A DNA stretch of 64,000 nt from an uncultured Gemmatimonadaceae bacterium (GCA_963843845.1 CAWJMB010000002.1:1632001-1696000), one strand, 5' to 3'; positions 50,107 through 60,905 are shown, counted from the first letter of the stretch. Program-made: numbers and translations. The notes: generated by a model from the letters alone, not told the origin.

Positions 50107-52079
50107 GCGACGAGGAGGGTGTGAGCGGAACGCGCTGGGACGTCGGCGTCGATGTCGGTGGGACGTTCACGGACCTCGCGGCGATCGGTGCCGACGGGCG
50201 CGTCCGCACGGCGAAGGTACTGTCGGTGCCCGCCGACCAGAGCTCGGGTGTCGTCGACGCACTCGCCGCCTTCGGCGCCGACGCCTCGACCGTCCGGCGG
50301 ATCGTGCACGGCACCACGGTCGTGACGAACCTCCTCCTCGAGCGAACCGGCGCGCGCGTGGTGCTGTGCGCCACAGACGGACACGTCGACGTTCTGCACC
50401 TTCGCCGGCAGAACCGCGCGCAGCTCTACGACCTCACGGCGCACCACCCCGAGCCGCTCGCGGACGAGACCATCGCCGTCCCGGAGCGTGTCGAGCCCCA
50501 GGGCGTGGTACGCGTGCTCACCGACGCCGCTGCCGACGGCGTGGCCGAGCGTGTCGCCGCGCGCGAGCCCGAGTCGGTCGCCATCGCCTTGCTGCACGCA
50601 TATCGCGACGATGGGCACGAGCGGCTCCTCGAGGCCGCGCTCCGACGTCGGCTGCCGAACGCCGTCATCGTGCGATCGTCCGCGGTGCTCGGCGAGATTC
50701 GCGAATACGAGCGGACGGCGACGACGGTCGCGGAAGCGTACGCCCGTCCGCGCGTCGCGACGTACCTCGCGAATCTGTCGCAGCGCCTCGCGGCTGGCGG
50801 GTTTCCGTCGCCCACGGTGATGACGTCGAGCGGCGGCGTGCGCGACGCTGACGACGCAGCCCGGAACGCCGCGTCGCTCGCGCTCTCCGGACCGGCCGGT
50901 GGGATCGCGGGGGCGAGCGCATTCCTCCGAGCGTTAGGCACGGAGCGCTTCCCGCTCGCGCTGACGATCGACATCGGCGGAACGAGCGCCGACGTGGGTC
51001 TCATCGTCGACGGCGAGCCCCTCGTCGAGGGAGGCGGCGACGTCGCGGGGGCGGTCATCGCGCTGCCGCGCGTACTCGTCGAGACGGTCTCCGCGGGGGG
51101 CGGCAGCCTCGGGTGGGTCGACGACGCCGGTGCGTTGCGCGTGGGTCCACGAAGCGCTGGTGCGGTGCCGGGACCTGCCGCGTTCGGGCGGGGTGGCACC
51201 GAGCCGACCGTGACCGACGCCCACGTCGTGCTCGGTCACATCGCGCAGCGCGGCTTCGAAGGCGGCGTTCGCATCGACACCGCGGCCGCCGAACGCGCCG
51301 TCGCGTCGCTCGCCACCCGGCTGGGGCGCTCGGGCGTGGAGGGCATCCATCGCGTGGCGAGGGCGATGCTCGCCGGGGCCGACGCAGCGATGGCGCGCGC
51401 ACTGCGGCGCGTGAGCGTCGAGCGCGGCGTCGATCCGCGACAGTGCGTGCTCGTCGCATTCGGCGGCGGCGGACCGTTGCACGCCTGTGCGCTGGCCGAC
51501 CAGCTGGGCGTCTCGCGAGTGCTGGTGCCGCCGCACGCGGGTGTGTTGAGCGCCGTGGGACTCGCGCTCGCTCCGCCGCGGCGAGAGGTCGTCGGGAGCG
51601 TGATGCGGCGCGTGTCGGACCTCCGTCCGGGGGACGTGACGACGATCGTTCGGCAGATCGCGTCGGGCATCGCGAGCGACGGCGCCGAGGCACGCAGCTG
51701 GGCACGCATGCGATACGTGGGACAGGGGCACGAGCTCGAGGTGCCGCTTCACGGCAACGATGACGGCGCCGCGCTCGGTGACCGGTTCGCGGCGCTCCAT
51801 GGCGCGCGCGTCGGGTTCACCCTGTCGAGCGACGTGGAAGTGGTGAGCGTGCGGCACACCTCGTCACAGAGTGGACCGAGTGTGGCGTTCGGCCGAGCGC
51901 GGCGCAGCGGGGCAGTGCCTGACGGAGGCGACCGCGTGCTCGTCGATGACGGCGCGACGCTCGACGCGCGCGTCGTCGGTCCGGCGACCGTCGTGCTCGC
52001 CGACGCGACGCTGAGGATCGACGGAGGATGGACCGGGCGATCGTTGCCCGAGGGCGGCTGGCTCGTGGATCGCGCATGA
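50103..52079 (+). CDS. Hydantoinase A/5-oxoprolinase N-terminal subunit
   Basis: DVGGTFTD, HGTTVVTN, SGPAGG, DIGGTSAD, GPRSAGA.PGP, FGGGGPLH. Confidence 0.92.
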   Translation: MSDEEGVSGTRWDVGVDVGGTFTDLAAIGADGRVRTAKVLSVPADQSSGVVDALAAFGADASTVRRIVHGTTVVTNLLLERTGARVVLCATDGHVDVLHLRRQNRAQLYDLTAHHPEPLADETIAVPERVEPQGVVRVLTDAAADGVAERVAAREPESVAIALLHAYRDDGHERLLEAALRRRLPNAVIVRSSAVLGEIREYERTATTVAEAYARPRVATYLANLSQRLAAGGFPSPTVMTSSGGVRDADDAARNAASLALSGPAGGIAGASAFLRALGTERFPLALTIDIGGTSADVGLIVDGEPLVEGGGDVAGAVIALPRVLVETVSAGGGSLGWVDDAGALRVGPRSAGAVPGPAAFGRGGTEPTVTDAHVVLGHIAQRGFEGGVRIDTAAAERAVASLATRLGRSGVEGIHRVARAMLAGADAAMARALRRVSVERGVDPRQCVLVAFGGGGPLHACALADQLGVSRVLVPPHAGVLSAVGLALAPPRREVVGSVMRRVSDLRPGDVTTIVRQIASGIASDGAEARSWARMRYVGQGHELEVPLHGNDDGAALGDRFAALHGARVGFTLSSDVEVVSVRHTSSQSGPSVAFGRARRSGAVPDGGDRVLVDDGATLDARVVGPATVVLADATLRIDGGWTGRSLPEGGWLVDRA

Positions 52080-53653
52080 CGACGAACGCGCCGAGTCTCG
52101 CGACGCTCGATCCGCTCGAGCTCACCGTCTGGTCGCACGCCGTCGCCATGATCGCCGAGGAGATGGGGAGCGTTCTCGTGCGGTCGGCGCTGTCGCCGAA
52201 CATCCGCGAGCGGCGCGACGCGTCGTCGGCGATCTTCGACGCGGGTGGACGCATGGTCGCGCAGGCCGCGCACATCCCCGTTCACCTCGGCGCGATGCCG
52301 GCGTCAGTCGCGGCGGTCCGGGCGCGCGAGCCCGTCCCCGGCGACGTGTTTCTGCTCAACGACCCCTTCCACGGCGGCTCGCATCTCCCCGATCTGACGA
52401 CGGTCGAAGCGATCGGCGATCCAGGCCGACCGAACGCTGCGACGCACGACGCCGTGATCGGCTATGCCGTCGTGCGCGCTCATCACGCCGACGTGGGCGG
52501 GATGAGCCCGGGGAGCATGCCGCAGGGGGCGACGGAGCTCGTGCAGGAAGGGATCGTCATCCCGCCGGTGCGGCTGGTGCGCGCAGGAACGCTCGTCGAC
52601 GACGTCCTCGCGCTCCTGCTCGCGAACGTGCGGACGCCAGACGAGCGCAGGGGCGACCTGCGCGCGCAGCTCGCGGCGTCTGCGGCCGGACGCGACGGGT
52701 GGCGCGCGCTGCTGCAGCGCGAGGGCGGGGGGCGGGTCCGCGCCGCCGTGGACGCGCTGCTCGACTACACGCAACAGCGTGCCTCGGCGGTGCTGCGCAC
52801 GTACGAGGGCGTGCGTGGCCGGGCGCGTGACGCGCTCGAGGGCGACGGCGTCACCGAGGACGACGTTCCGGTGCAGGTCGCGGTTCACGTCGCCGACGGC
52901 GCGTTGCACGTCGACCTCGCTGGCACGTCGCCGCAGGTGCGCGGCAACGTGAACTGTCCGCCTGGCGTCGCGATGGCCGCCGCGGTGTTCGTGTTGCGCA
53001 CGCTGCTCGACGGCGACGTGCCGACGAACGACGGCATCGCGCGCGCGATCCGCCTGACGATTCCCGACGACTGTGCGGCGAACGCCCGCTGGCCCGCCGC
53101 GGTCGCGGCGGGGAACGTCGAGATGTCGCAGCGCATCACCGACACCCTGTTCCTCGCGCTCGCCGACGCCGGTGTGCCGGTGTGCGCGCAGGGCCAGGGA
53201 ACGATGAACAACGTCACCTTCGGCGGCGACGGCTGGACGTTCTACGAAACGTTAGGCGGGGGGCAGGGAGCGAGCGCTCGTGGCAGCGGGCCGAGCGGCG
53301 TACACGTGGGGATGAGCAACACGCTGAACACCCCAGTCGAGTCGCTCGAGACGAGCTATCCGCTGCGCATCGACCGCTATGCCGTGCGGCGTGGAAGCGG
53401 GGGCGATGGAGCGCGTCGCGGTGGCGACGGCATCGTTCGCAGCTATCGTGCGCTGGAGCCGTGCACGGTCACCCTCGTCACCGAGCGACGGCGGCACGCA
53501 CCGCAAGGGATCGACGGCGGGGGGGCCGGAGCGGTGGGCCGCAACCTGCTCAACGGCGTTCCGATTCCCGCGAAAGCGCGGGTGCGACTCGTCGCCGGCG
53601 ACGTCGTGACGATCGAGACGCCGGGCGGCGGCGGGCACGGCGCGCCGTACTAG
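52076..53653 (+). CDS. Hydantoinase B/5-oxoprolinase C-terminal subunit
   Basis: SPNIRERRD.S, HIPVHLG, NDPFHGGSHLPD, HHADVGG, GTMNN, TPGGGG. Confidence 0.92.
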   Translation: MTTNAPSLATLDPLELTVWSHAVAMIAEEMGSVLVRSALSPNIRERRDASSAIFDAGGRMVAQAAHIPVHLGAMPASVAAVRAREPVPGDVFLLNDPFHGGSHLPDLTTVEAIGDPGRPNAATHDAVIGYAVVRAHHADVGGMSPGSMPQGATELVQEGIVIPPVRLVRAGTLVDDVLALLLANVRTPDERRGDLRAQLAASAAGRDGWRALLQREGGGRVRAAVDALLDYTQQRASAVLRTYEGVRGRARDALEGDGVTEDDVPVQVAVHVADGALHVDLAGTSPQVRGNVNCPPGVAMAAAVFVLRTLLDGDVPTNDGIARAIRLTIPDDCAANARWPAAVAAGNVEMSQRITDTLFLALADAGVPVCAQGQGTMNNVTFGGDGWTFYETLGGGQGASARGSGPSGVHVGMSNTLNTPVESLETSYPLRIDRYAVRRGSGGDGARRGGDGIVRSYRALEPCTVTLVTERRRHAPQGIDGGGAGAVGRNLLNGVPIPAKARVRLVAGDVVTIETPGGGGHGAPY

Positions 53654-54534
53654 GCGCGGAGAACGAGGCCTTCCGACGCGGCCACGACCCGCATGGCGCT
53701 CCCGGCCGCTCGCACGTGATCCCGCGCGTCGCTGAGGATGCGGTCGACGGCGTCGTCGTCGCGGTCGGGGTGGTGGTGAAACAGCACGACGCGCTCCACG
53801 CCTGCGGCGATCCCGAGGTCGACGACGTCGTTCCACGCCGAGTGCCCCCAGCCGGAGTATGCCGGCAACTCGGTGGGGAGAAACGTGGCGTCGTGCACGA
53901 GCAGCGAGGCTCGCGCGCATGCGCGCAGCCACCCGTCACGCAACGCGTCGTGCTGCGTCGCACGGATCTCGTTGTCGGGCGCGTAGACGATCCACGGGTC
54001 GTGACCCGTACGACCCACCGTCCACATCGCCGCGTCGTCCGCGTGTCGCGCGGCGACCGGACGCACCGTCACGCCATCGAGCGTGAGGCCCGACTCGTCG
54101 AGCGCGTGGAACTCGACGCGGGCGGCGAGCGCGTCGAAGTGCACGGGAAAGACAGGCGACTGCATCTGTGCGCGAATCACACGCTCCGCCGCATCGCGCA
54201 GCGCGACCGGTGTGTAGATGCGGACGAGCGACCCGGGCACGTAGAGCGGCGCGAAGAAGGGGAGCCCCTGAACGTGGTCCCAGTGCGCGTGCGTCAGGAA
54301 CAGCGAGACCTCCGTCGCGCCGCGCCCGTCGTCACCGTCGGCCGCCTGCCGCGACCCGCGACGCATCGCGTCGCCGAGCGTACGGATGCCGGTTCCGGCG
54401 TCGAACACCAGCGTGCGGCCGGACGGGAGGGTGACGGTCAGGCACGCCGTGTTGCCGCCGTATCGGCGCGTGCAGTGAGCGGACGACGGCGTCGAACCGC
54501 GGACGCCCCAGCAGCGAACGATCACATCCGACAT
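53650..54534 (-). CDS. MBL-fold metallo-hydrolase (phosphodiesterase-like)
   Basis: WGVRGS.P, YGGNT.C, DAGTG, THAHWDH, WGHS, FHHHPD. Confidence 0.88.
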   Translation of the reverse strand: MSDVIVRCWGVRGSTPSSAHCTRRYGGNTACLTVTLPSGRTLVFDAGTGIRTLGDAMRRGSRQAADGDDGRGATEVSLFLTHAHWDHVQGLPFFAPLYVPGSLVRIYTPVALRDAAERVIRAQMQSPVFPVHFDALAARVEFHALDESGLTLDGVTVRPVAARHADDAAMWTVGRTGHDPWIVYAPDNEIRATQHDALRDGWLRACARASLLVHDATFLPTELPAYSGWGHSAWNDVVDLGIAAGVERVVLFHHHPDRDDDAVDRILSDARDHVRAAGSAMRVVAASEGLVLRA

Positions 54535-54541
54535 TCGCCGC

Positions 54542-55336
54542 CTAACGATCGGCCTCTGGTGCCGCACCCGCCGCCTCGATGGTCGCCTCGCCCGTCATCT
54601 CGCTCGTCGCGTGCGCGTCGAGTGTGGCGCGAGCGGCGGCCCGGCCGGGCCTCGTCGATGCGCCGGGTTTCGCGCGTCGCGCGAGCGCGTCGGCGTCGAC
54701 CACACGGACGGTGCGGCGCTCGACGACGACGAGTCCTGCCTCCTGCAACTCCTTCATCGCGCGCGAGACCGTCTCGCGGCTCGCGCCGATCATCTGCGCC
54801 ATCGTCTCGTGGGTCGGCGCACGGTCGAGGGCGGGCGGATCGCCTGTGGCGCGGTCGAGAATGAGGCGCGCGACGCGGCCCGGCACGTCGAGCAGCACGA
54901 GGCTGGCGATCTTGTCGTCCGCCTCGCGCAGGCGGCGCGACAGCTCCTCGAGGAGCGCCCACGCGACGCGGGGCTGACGCTCGACCTCGCGCCGGAAGTC
55001 GTCGCGTCGCAACACGAGCAGCACGGCCTGGTCGAGCGCGACGACGTGGGCGGAGCGCGGGCCTCCGTCGATGAGCGCGAGCTCGCCGAAGTGTGCGCCC
55101 TGGCCCAACGTATCGAGGATGACTTCGCGTCCGTCGTCGCCGACGACGGTGACTTTGACGGAGCCGGAGCGCACCACGAAGAGGGCGTCGCCCGGATCGC
55201 CCTGGCGAACGATGAGCGCGCCACGCGGGTACCGCTGCTCGCGCGCGAGCTCGGCGAACCCGCGGCGCTCGTCAGCCGAGAGGCGCCGGAACAGCGTGAC
55301 CGATCCGAGGAAGTCGGCGAGTCGATGTACGAGCAT
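54542..55336 (-). CDS. Crp/Fnr family transcriptional regulator
   Basis: cNMP-binding FGELALIDGGPRSA; HTH THETMAQMIGASRETVSR. Confidence 0.92.
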   Translation of the reverse strand: MLVHRLADFLGSVTLFRRLSADERRGFAELAREQRYPRGALIVRQGDPGDALFVVRSGSVKVTVVGDDGREVILDTLGQGAHFGELALIDGGPRSAHVVALDQAVLLVLRRDDFRREVERQPRVAWALLEELSRRLREADDKIASLVLLDVPGRVARLILDRATGDPPALDRAPTHETMAQMIGASRETVSRAMKELQEAGLVVVERRTVRVVDADALARRAKPGASTRPGRAAARATLDAHATSEMTGEATIEAAGAAPEADR

Positions 55337-55460
55337 GACGGAAGGCTGAGGGTGCGCTGCGGTGCTGTCAACGACTCGCCCGTGCGCAGCGCACACTCGG
55401 TGCCGCAAACCGTTGTGCGGTTGTTCCTTACGCGATTCGGCGGCTATATTCCGCGGCCTC

Positions 55461-56540
55461 ATGAGCGAAGTCGATGCGCTGCGCGACCGGTTGAACGAGG
55501 CGCTCGCGCGCGCCGCGGACGTCGAGCGCGAGCTCGCGGACAGCGATACCGCGCGTGACTCGAAACGGCTGGCGGAGCTGGCGCGCGAGCATCACCGGCT
55601 GGCCGCGGTCGTCGAGACGAGCCGCCGGCTCGACAAGGCGAATGCCGAGCTGCACGACGCGCGCGATCTCGCCACGTCGGACGACGCAGAGCTGGCAGCC
55701 GAGGCCGTCGCCGAAGGCGTGCGCCTCGACGCGGAGGTCGCCGCGCTGGAGCGGGCACTGCGGCCGCTGCTCATCCCGCCGGACCCGCTCGACGACCGGC
55801 CGTGCATCGTCGAGATTCGCGCGGGGACGGGCGGCGACGAAGCCGGGCTGTTCGCCGCCGACCTGCTGCGCATGTACACGCGGTACGTCGAACGGCGCGG
55901 CTGGCGGATCGAGACGTTGTCGTACAGCGACGGGACGTTAGGCGGCATCAAGGAAGCCGTCTTCAAGGTCGACGGTGCCGGCGCGTTCGGCGCGCTACGT
56001 CACGAGAGCGGGGTGCATCGGGTGCAGCGCGTTCCCGCGACGGAGACGCAGGGCCGCATTCACACCTCGGCGGCGACGGTCGCCGTGCTGCCCGAGGCGG
56101 AGGAGATCGATCTGCGCATCGACGACAAGGAGCTGCGCATCGACGTCTTCCGCTCGTCGGGGCCGGGCGGGCAGAGCGTCAACACGACCGACAGCGCCGT
56201 CCGGATCACGCACCTGCCGACCGGCGTCGTCGTCAGCCAGCAGGACCAGAAATCGCAGCTCCAGAACAAGATCAAGGGGATGCAGATCCTGCGCGCGCGG
56301 CTGCTCGACCGGATGATCGCCGAACGCGAGGCGGAGCGGGCGCGAATCCGCCGCTCGCAGGTCAGCACCGGCGACCGGTCGGCGAAGATCCGGACGTACA
56401 ACTTTCCGCAGAGCCGCGTGACCGATCACCGGATCGGCTTCACGACGCACGACATCGCCGGCGTCATGAACGGCGAGATCGCGCCGCTCATCGACGCGCT
56501 GCAGGTCGCGGACGTCGAAGAGCGGCTCGCCGACGCGTGA
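55461..56540 (+). CDS. prfA: Peptide chain release factor 1
   Basis: GTGGDEA, PAT anticodon-mimic motif, GGQ; upstream of prmC. Confidence 0.97.
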   Translation: MSEVDALRDRLNEALARAADVERELADSDTARDSKRLAELAREHHRLAAVVETSRRLDKANAELHDARDLATSDDAELAAEAVAEGVRLDAEVAALERALRPLLIPPDPLDDRPCIVEIRAGTGGDEAGLFAADLLRMYTRYVERRGWRIETLSYSDGTLGGIKEAVFKVDGAGAFGALRHESGVHRVQRVPATETQGRIHTSAATVAVLPEAEEIDLRIDDKELRIDVFRSSGPGGQSVNTTDSAVRITHLPTGVVVSQQDQKSQLQNKIKGMQILRARLLDRMIAEREAERARIRRSQVSTGDRSAKIRTYNFPQSRVTDHRIGFTTHDIAGVMNGEIAPLIDALQVADVEERLADA

Positions 56541-56558
56541 CGCGACCGGGCGACACGG

Positions 56559-57440
56559 ATGCCTGAGGTCGCGGCGCGACACGCGCGCACGATCGGCGCG
56601 CTCGTCGCCGAGCTGACCGCGCGGCTCGCGGCGTCGCATGTGGCGAACCCGCGTGACGAGGCACGTGATCTGGTCGCCGCGCTGCTCGACGTGCCGCGCT
56701 TCTGGCCGACGACGCACCGCGACGCGGTCGCCGACGAAACGCTGTGCACCGCGTCGCACCGCGCCGCCGATCGGCGTACCGCGGGAGCCCCGTTCGCGTA
56801 CGCCGTCGGACGCGCCGCGTTCCGACATCTGACGCTCGACGTCGACGAGCGCGTGCTCATTCCGCGTCAGGAGACGGAAGTCCTCGTCGACGAAGTGCTG
56901 CGCGCGGTGGGCGATCGGGCCGGCGGGACGGCGGTCGACGTCGGCACCGGCTCGGGCGCGATCGCCCTCGCGCTCGCGAGCGAGGGGCACTTCGCGCGCG
57001 TCATCGCCACCGACGTGTCGCGCGACGCGCTCGACGTCGCACGACGGAACGTCGCACTCTGCGCTCGCGCGTTAGGCACCCCGGTCGAGCTCCGCCTCGG
57101 GTCGCTGCTCGCGCCCGTCACGGGGGAACGGGCTCGGTGCGTCGTGTCGAACCCGCCGTACATCGCGTACGACGAGGCGCCCGCGCTTCCTCCCGGCGTG
57201 CGGAACTGGGAGCCGGCGCTCGCGCTGTTCAGCGGCAGGGACGGCATGGCCGCGATCGAGGCGATCGTCCGGGGCGCGGCGGACGTGCTCGACGCCGACG
57301 GCCTGCTCGCGCTCGAGGTCGACACGCGCCGCGCCGCGCTCGCCGCCGAACTGGCGGCGGTCGACGGCCGCTATCGGAACGTGCGCGTGTGCCTCGACCT
57401 CACCGGGCGCGAGCGGTTCGTGCTCGCGACGCGCGCCTGA
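56559..57440 (+). CDS. prmC: Release factor glutamine methyltransferase
   Basis: VLIPRQETE, DVGTGSG, NPPY. Confidence 0.95.
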   Translation: MPEVAARHARTIGALVAELTARLAASHVANPRDEARDLVAALLDVPRFWPTTHRDAVADETLCTASHRAADRRTAGAPFAYAVGRAAFRHLTLDVDERVLIPRQETEVLVDEVLRAVGDRAGGTAVDVGTGSGAIALALASEGHFARVIATDVSRDALDVARRNVALCARALGTPVELRLGSLLAPVTGERARCVVSNPPYIAYDEAPALPPGVRNWEPALALFSGRDGMAAIEAIVRGAADVLDADGLLALEVDTRRAALAAELAAVDGRYRNVRVCLDLTGRERFVLATRA

Positions 57441-57500
57441 GCGATCGGCCGGCGCTACTTTTCTCGGACCACGCACCCTGCCGTTTCCAGCATTCCGCAC

Positions 57501-57854
57501 ATGCTACAAGACAAAGCGATCGAGCTCGGACGTCTCATCGGCCAGAGCGACGAGTACAAGGCGGTGAAGCGCACGAACGAGGCGCTCAGCGAGGACCGAG
57601 AGTCGGTCGCGCTCATCCGCCAGATGGAGCAGCTGCGCCGCGACGCACAGACGATGATCGAGCACGGCGAGAGCCCCACGCCCGAGATGGAGCAGCAGCT
57701 GGACGAGCTGCTCGCCAAGGTGCAGGTGAGCACGACGTATCAGCGCGCCATCGCGTCGCAGGACAACTTCGACAAGCTCATGCTCCGCGTGAACGAATGG
57801 ATCAGCGAGGGGATCCGGAAGGGCGCGGCGAGCCCGATCATCACGCTGGGATAG
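57501..57854 (+). CDS. YlbF/YmcA/YheA (Com_YlbF)-like protein
   Basis: 117-aa helical protein, KA.ELG..I..S.EY pattern typical of the family. Confidence 0.7.
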   Translation: MLQDKAIELGRLIGQSDEYKAVKRTNEALSEDRESVALIRQMEQLRRDAQTMIEHGESPTPEMEQQLDELLAKVQVSTTYQRAIASQDNFDKLMLRVNEWISEGIRKGAASPIITLG

Positions 57855-57861
57855 CTGGACC

Positions 57862-58542
57862 GTGCGTGCGTCGCGCCGACGCGGGCTGCTCGTCGTCTTC
57901 GAGGGGCCGGAGGGGGTCGGGAAGACCACACAGCTGACGTCGCTCGCGGATCGACTCGCTCGCCGATCGGTCGCCTCGGAGACCTACCGTGAGCCGGGCG
58001 GCACCCCGTTAGGCACGGAGATTCGGCGCCTGCTGCTGCACTCGACCGACCGCGTCGTGGCGCGCGCCGAAGCGCTGCTCTTCATGGCGGCGCGAGCGCA
58101 GCTGATGGAGCACGTCACCGAGCGTCTCGCCGATGGCGTCGTCGTGCTGCTGGACCGGTTCTTCCTGTCCACGTACGCGTATCAGATCGCCGGACGCGGG
58201 CTCGACGCGGACGGGGTACGGCGCGCGAACGCGCTCGCCGTGGGCGACATCGTGCCCGACCTCACGTTGTTGCTGACGATCGCGCCCGAGGAGGCGGGAG
58301 CGCGGGTGCGCGCGCGCGGCGCGCTCGACCGGATCGAATCCGAGGACGTCGAGTTCCACCGGCGGGTGACCCACGCGTTCCGCACTGCGGCCGAGCCGGG
58401 CTGGCAGCGCGCGCACCCCGAGGTCGGCCCGATCGTCGCGATCGACGGCGAGGGGAGCCCGGCCGACGTCGCGCGTCGCGTCGACCGTGCGCTGTACGAC
58501 CGATGGCCCGAAACATTCCGGCCGTTGGTCGAGTCTCAGTAG
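57862..58542 (+). CDS. tmk: Thymidylate kinase
   Basis: FEGPEGVGKTTQ, REPGGT, DRF..S..AYQ. Confidence 0.95.
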   Translation: MRASRRRGLLVVFEGPEGVGKTTQLTSLADRLARRSVASETYREPGGTPLGTEIRRLLLHSTDRVVARAEALLFMAARAQLMEHVTERLADGVVVLLDRFFLSTYAYQIAGRGLDADGVRRANALAVGDIVPDLTLLLTIAPEEAGARVRARGALDRIESEDVEFHRRVTHAFRTAAEPGWQRAHPEVGPIVAIDGEGSPADVARRVDRALYDRWPETFRPLVESQ

Positions 58543-58568
58543 TCGGAACGAACACTTTCGAGGTTGTG

Positions 58569-60155
58569 ATGCGGTCTCGCGGAATCGTCGTGCTCGCGTC
58601 GCTCAGTGCGGCGCTCGTCGCTGGTGGCTGGCTCGTGGGACGGGGGCTGCAAGGGCAGGGACCCGCGAACGCCGCTGGGCCGCGCCTGTTCGAACAGGTG
58701 GCGCAGCACGTCGGGCGATACTACGTGGACCCTGTGCCGGACACGACGCTCTACGCGAAGGCGCTCGACGGCATGATCGTCGAACTCGGCGATCCGCACT
58801 CGGCGGTGCTCAGCGCGGACCGCCTCCGCCGCCTCGCAGAGAGCACGACCGGGAACTACACCGGGCTCGGGCTGCGCGTCGAGGCGCGCGACGGATGGCT
58901 GACCGTGATCTCGCCGGTCGCGGGTGCCCCGGCCGAGCGCGCGGGCATTCGCGTCGGCGACCGCATCGTCGAGATCGCGGGTGAGTCGACCAGGGGGTGG
59001 ACGGTCGACGAGGCGAGCAAGCGGCTGCGCGGCGGGCCTCGCACGAAGGTTCGGCTGCTCGTCGAACGACCCGGCGTCGAGGGCCGGATTCCGTTCGACG
59101 TGGCGCGCGACGAGTTCCATGTGCGTTCGGTGCGGCACGTCGCGTTGCTCCGCGACAGTGTCGGTTACCTCGATCTCAGCGTCTTCTCGGAGGCTAGCGC
59201 GCAGGACGTGCGGCACGGGATCGATTCGCTGCGCGCGTTAGGCGCCCGCTCGATACTGCTCGACCTGCGCGGGAACCTGGGCGGGCTGCTCGATCAGGGC
59301 GTGAGCGTCGCCGATCTCTTCCTGGATCGCGGACAGTCGATCGTGAGCACGCGCGGCCGCACGCCGACGGCGAATCACATCTTCCTCGACTCTGCCCCGC
59401 CGCGCTGGGCCGGGCTGCCGCTCGCGGTCCTCGTGAACGAGGCGACGGCGAGCGCCGCGGAGATCGTCGCCGGGGCGCTGCAGGATCACGACCGCGCGCT
59501 CATCATCGGCACGACGTCGTTCGGGAAGGGGAGCGCGCAGAGCGTCTTCCAGCTGCCGAACGGATCGGCGTTGAAGCTGACGACCTCACTCTGGTTCACG
59601 CCGGTCGGGCGGTCCATCAGCAAGCCGATCGTTGCAGCTGCCGACGACCCCGATGGCGAGGACGAGCCGGAATCGGCGACGCGCAAGCAGTTCAAGACCG
59701 ACGCCGGACGCACCGTGTACGGCGGGGGCGGGATCACGCCGGACGTCCCGGCCGGCGACACGATCGTGCCGCCGGCGGAGCTCGGGTTCCTGCGCGCGCT
59801 GGGGCGACAGGTCGGCGCGTTCCGCGACGCGCTGACGGAGTACGCCCTGAGCGTCAAAGGCACGCGGGCGATCTCGGCGCCCGACTTCGTGGTCACGCCG
59901 GCGATGCGCGACGCACTCTGGCAGCGCATGACGGCGCGCGGGATCACGATGGAGCGCGCCGCGTTCGACGCTGCCGAGCAGCTCGTGACGCGACAGATGA
60001 CCTACGAGATCGCGCGGTACGTGTTCGACCAGGAGGCCGAGTTCCGTCGGCGCGCGGCGGACGATCCGGTGATCAACGCCGCGCTCCGCCTCACGGCCGG
60101 CGTTCGCACGCAGCGCGAGCTGTTCGAGCGGGTGCCGGCGGCCAAGCGCGGCTGA
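58569..60155 (+). CDS. S41 C-terminal processing protease
   Basis: DPHS, PDZ GLGL, DLRGNLGG, ASAAEI, GKGSAQ, GITPDV. Confidence 0.93.
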   Translation: MRSRGIVVLASLSAALVAGGWLVGRGLQGQGPANAAGPRLFEQVAQHVGRYYVDPVPDTTLYAKALDGMIVELGDPHSAVLSADRLRRLAESTTGNYTGLGLRVEARDGWLTVISPVAGAPAERAGIRVGDRIVEIAGESTRGWTVDEASKRLRGGPRTKVRLLVERPGVEGRIPFDVARDEFHVRSVRHVALLRDSVGYLDLSVFSEASAQDVRHGIDSLRALGARSILLDLRGNLGGLLDQGVSVADLFLDRGQSIVSTRGRTPTANHIFLDSAPPRWAGLPLAVLVNEATASAAEIVAGALQDHDRALIIGTTSFGKGSAQSVFQLPNGSALKLTTSLWFTPVGRSISKPIVAAADDPDGEDEPESATRKQFKTDAGRTVYGGGGITPDVPAGDTIVPPAELGFLRALGRQVGAFRDALTEYALSVKGTRAISAPDFVVTPAMRDALWQRMTARGITMERAAFDAAEQLVTRQMTYEIARYVFDQEAEFRRRAADDPVINAALRLTAGVRTQRELFERVPAAKRG

Positions 60156-60197
60156 CGCGCTCGCGCGGCGGTCAGCGACGCCGTCGCGCCGAGCCGC

Positions 60198-60881
60198 TCA
60201 GTGCGGGCGGAAGGCTGTCGGGTCGACGATCTTCGCGCCAGACGGCACGGCGAACACGAACGTGGCGCGGTCGAGCTTCGCGCTCGGCGACCACGAGGTC
60301 ATGCGCCACGTGCGTTCGAGCCCCGAATCCTGCGTGAGCCCGATCTGGCGCACCGAGCCGTCGGCGTCGTCGACCCACACCTTCGCGCCGACGATCGCCT
60401 GCCCGTCGTCCTTCGGGGTCAGGCGCACGGCGTGCGTCGCGCGCCCGTCGATCGTCGCCGTGCCGGCGTCGGCCACGTCGTACTTCGACCGCGGCGAGAC
60501 GAGCAGGTCGCGCACGAGGTCGAGCCCCATGCTCGACGACCGCGACGCGGGAAGCCGCATCACCTGGCCGGGCACGGCGCTCGGCAGGTAGACCCAGAGC
60601 CAGCGGCCATCGGCGACGACACGGTCGCCCGTCTGCGCGAAACGGAGCGAGAGCTTGTCCGGCTGCGCGAGTGCGAGCTCACCGGCGCTCTTCGACTGGT
60701 TGCCGGTGAGCGGATTGTAGAGCGTCTGCTCGAACGTCGCGCGAACGGTACCGGCGGCGCGGAGCGCGCTCGTCGCGCGGTCGATCGTCGCGGCGGGCGA
60801 CTGCGCGGCGACGGGTGCGGCGGCGACGAGCGTCGTCGCGAGGATCGTCGAGCTGAGCGCGTGCAGTGAATTCGTTCGCAT
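60198..60881 (-). CDS. lolA: Outer-membrane lipoprotein carrier LolA-like protein
   Basis: Signal peptide; ATFEQ, VADGRWLWVY.P, F.F..P.GA.IVD. Confidence 0.8.
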   Translation of the reverse strand: MRTNSLHALSSTILATTLVAAAPVAAQSPAATIDRATSALRAAGTVRATFEQTLYNPLTGNQSKSAGELALAQPDKLSLRFAQTGDRVVADGRWLWVYLPSAVPGQVMRLPASRSSSMGLDLVRDLLVSPRSKYDVADAGTATIDGRATHAVRLTPKDDGQAIVGAKVWVDDADGSVRQIGLTQDSGLERTWRMTSWSPSAKLDRATFVFAVPSGAKIVDPTAFRPH

Positions 60882-60905
60882 GCCACTCGTACCCGACCGC
60901 GACCG

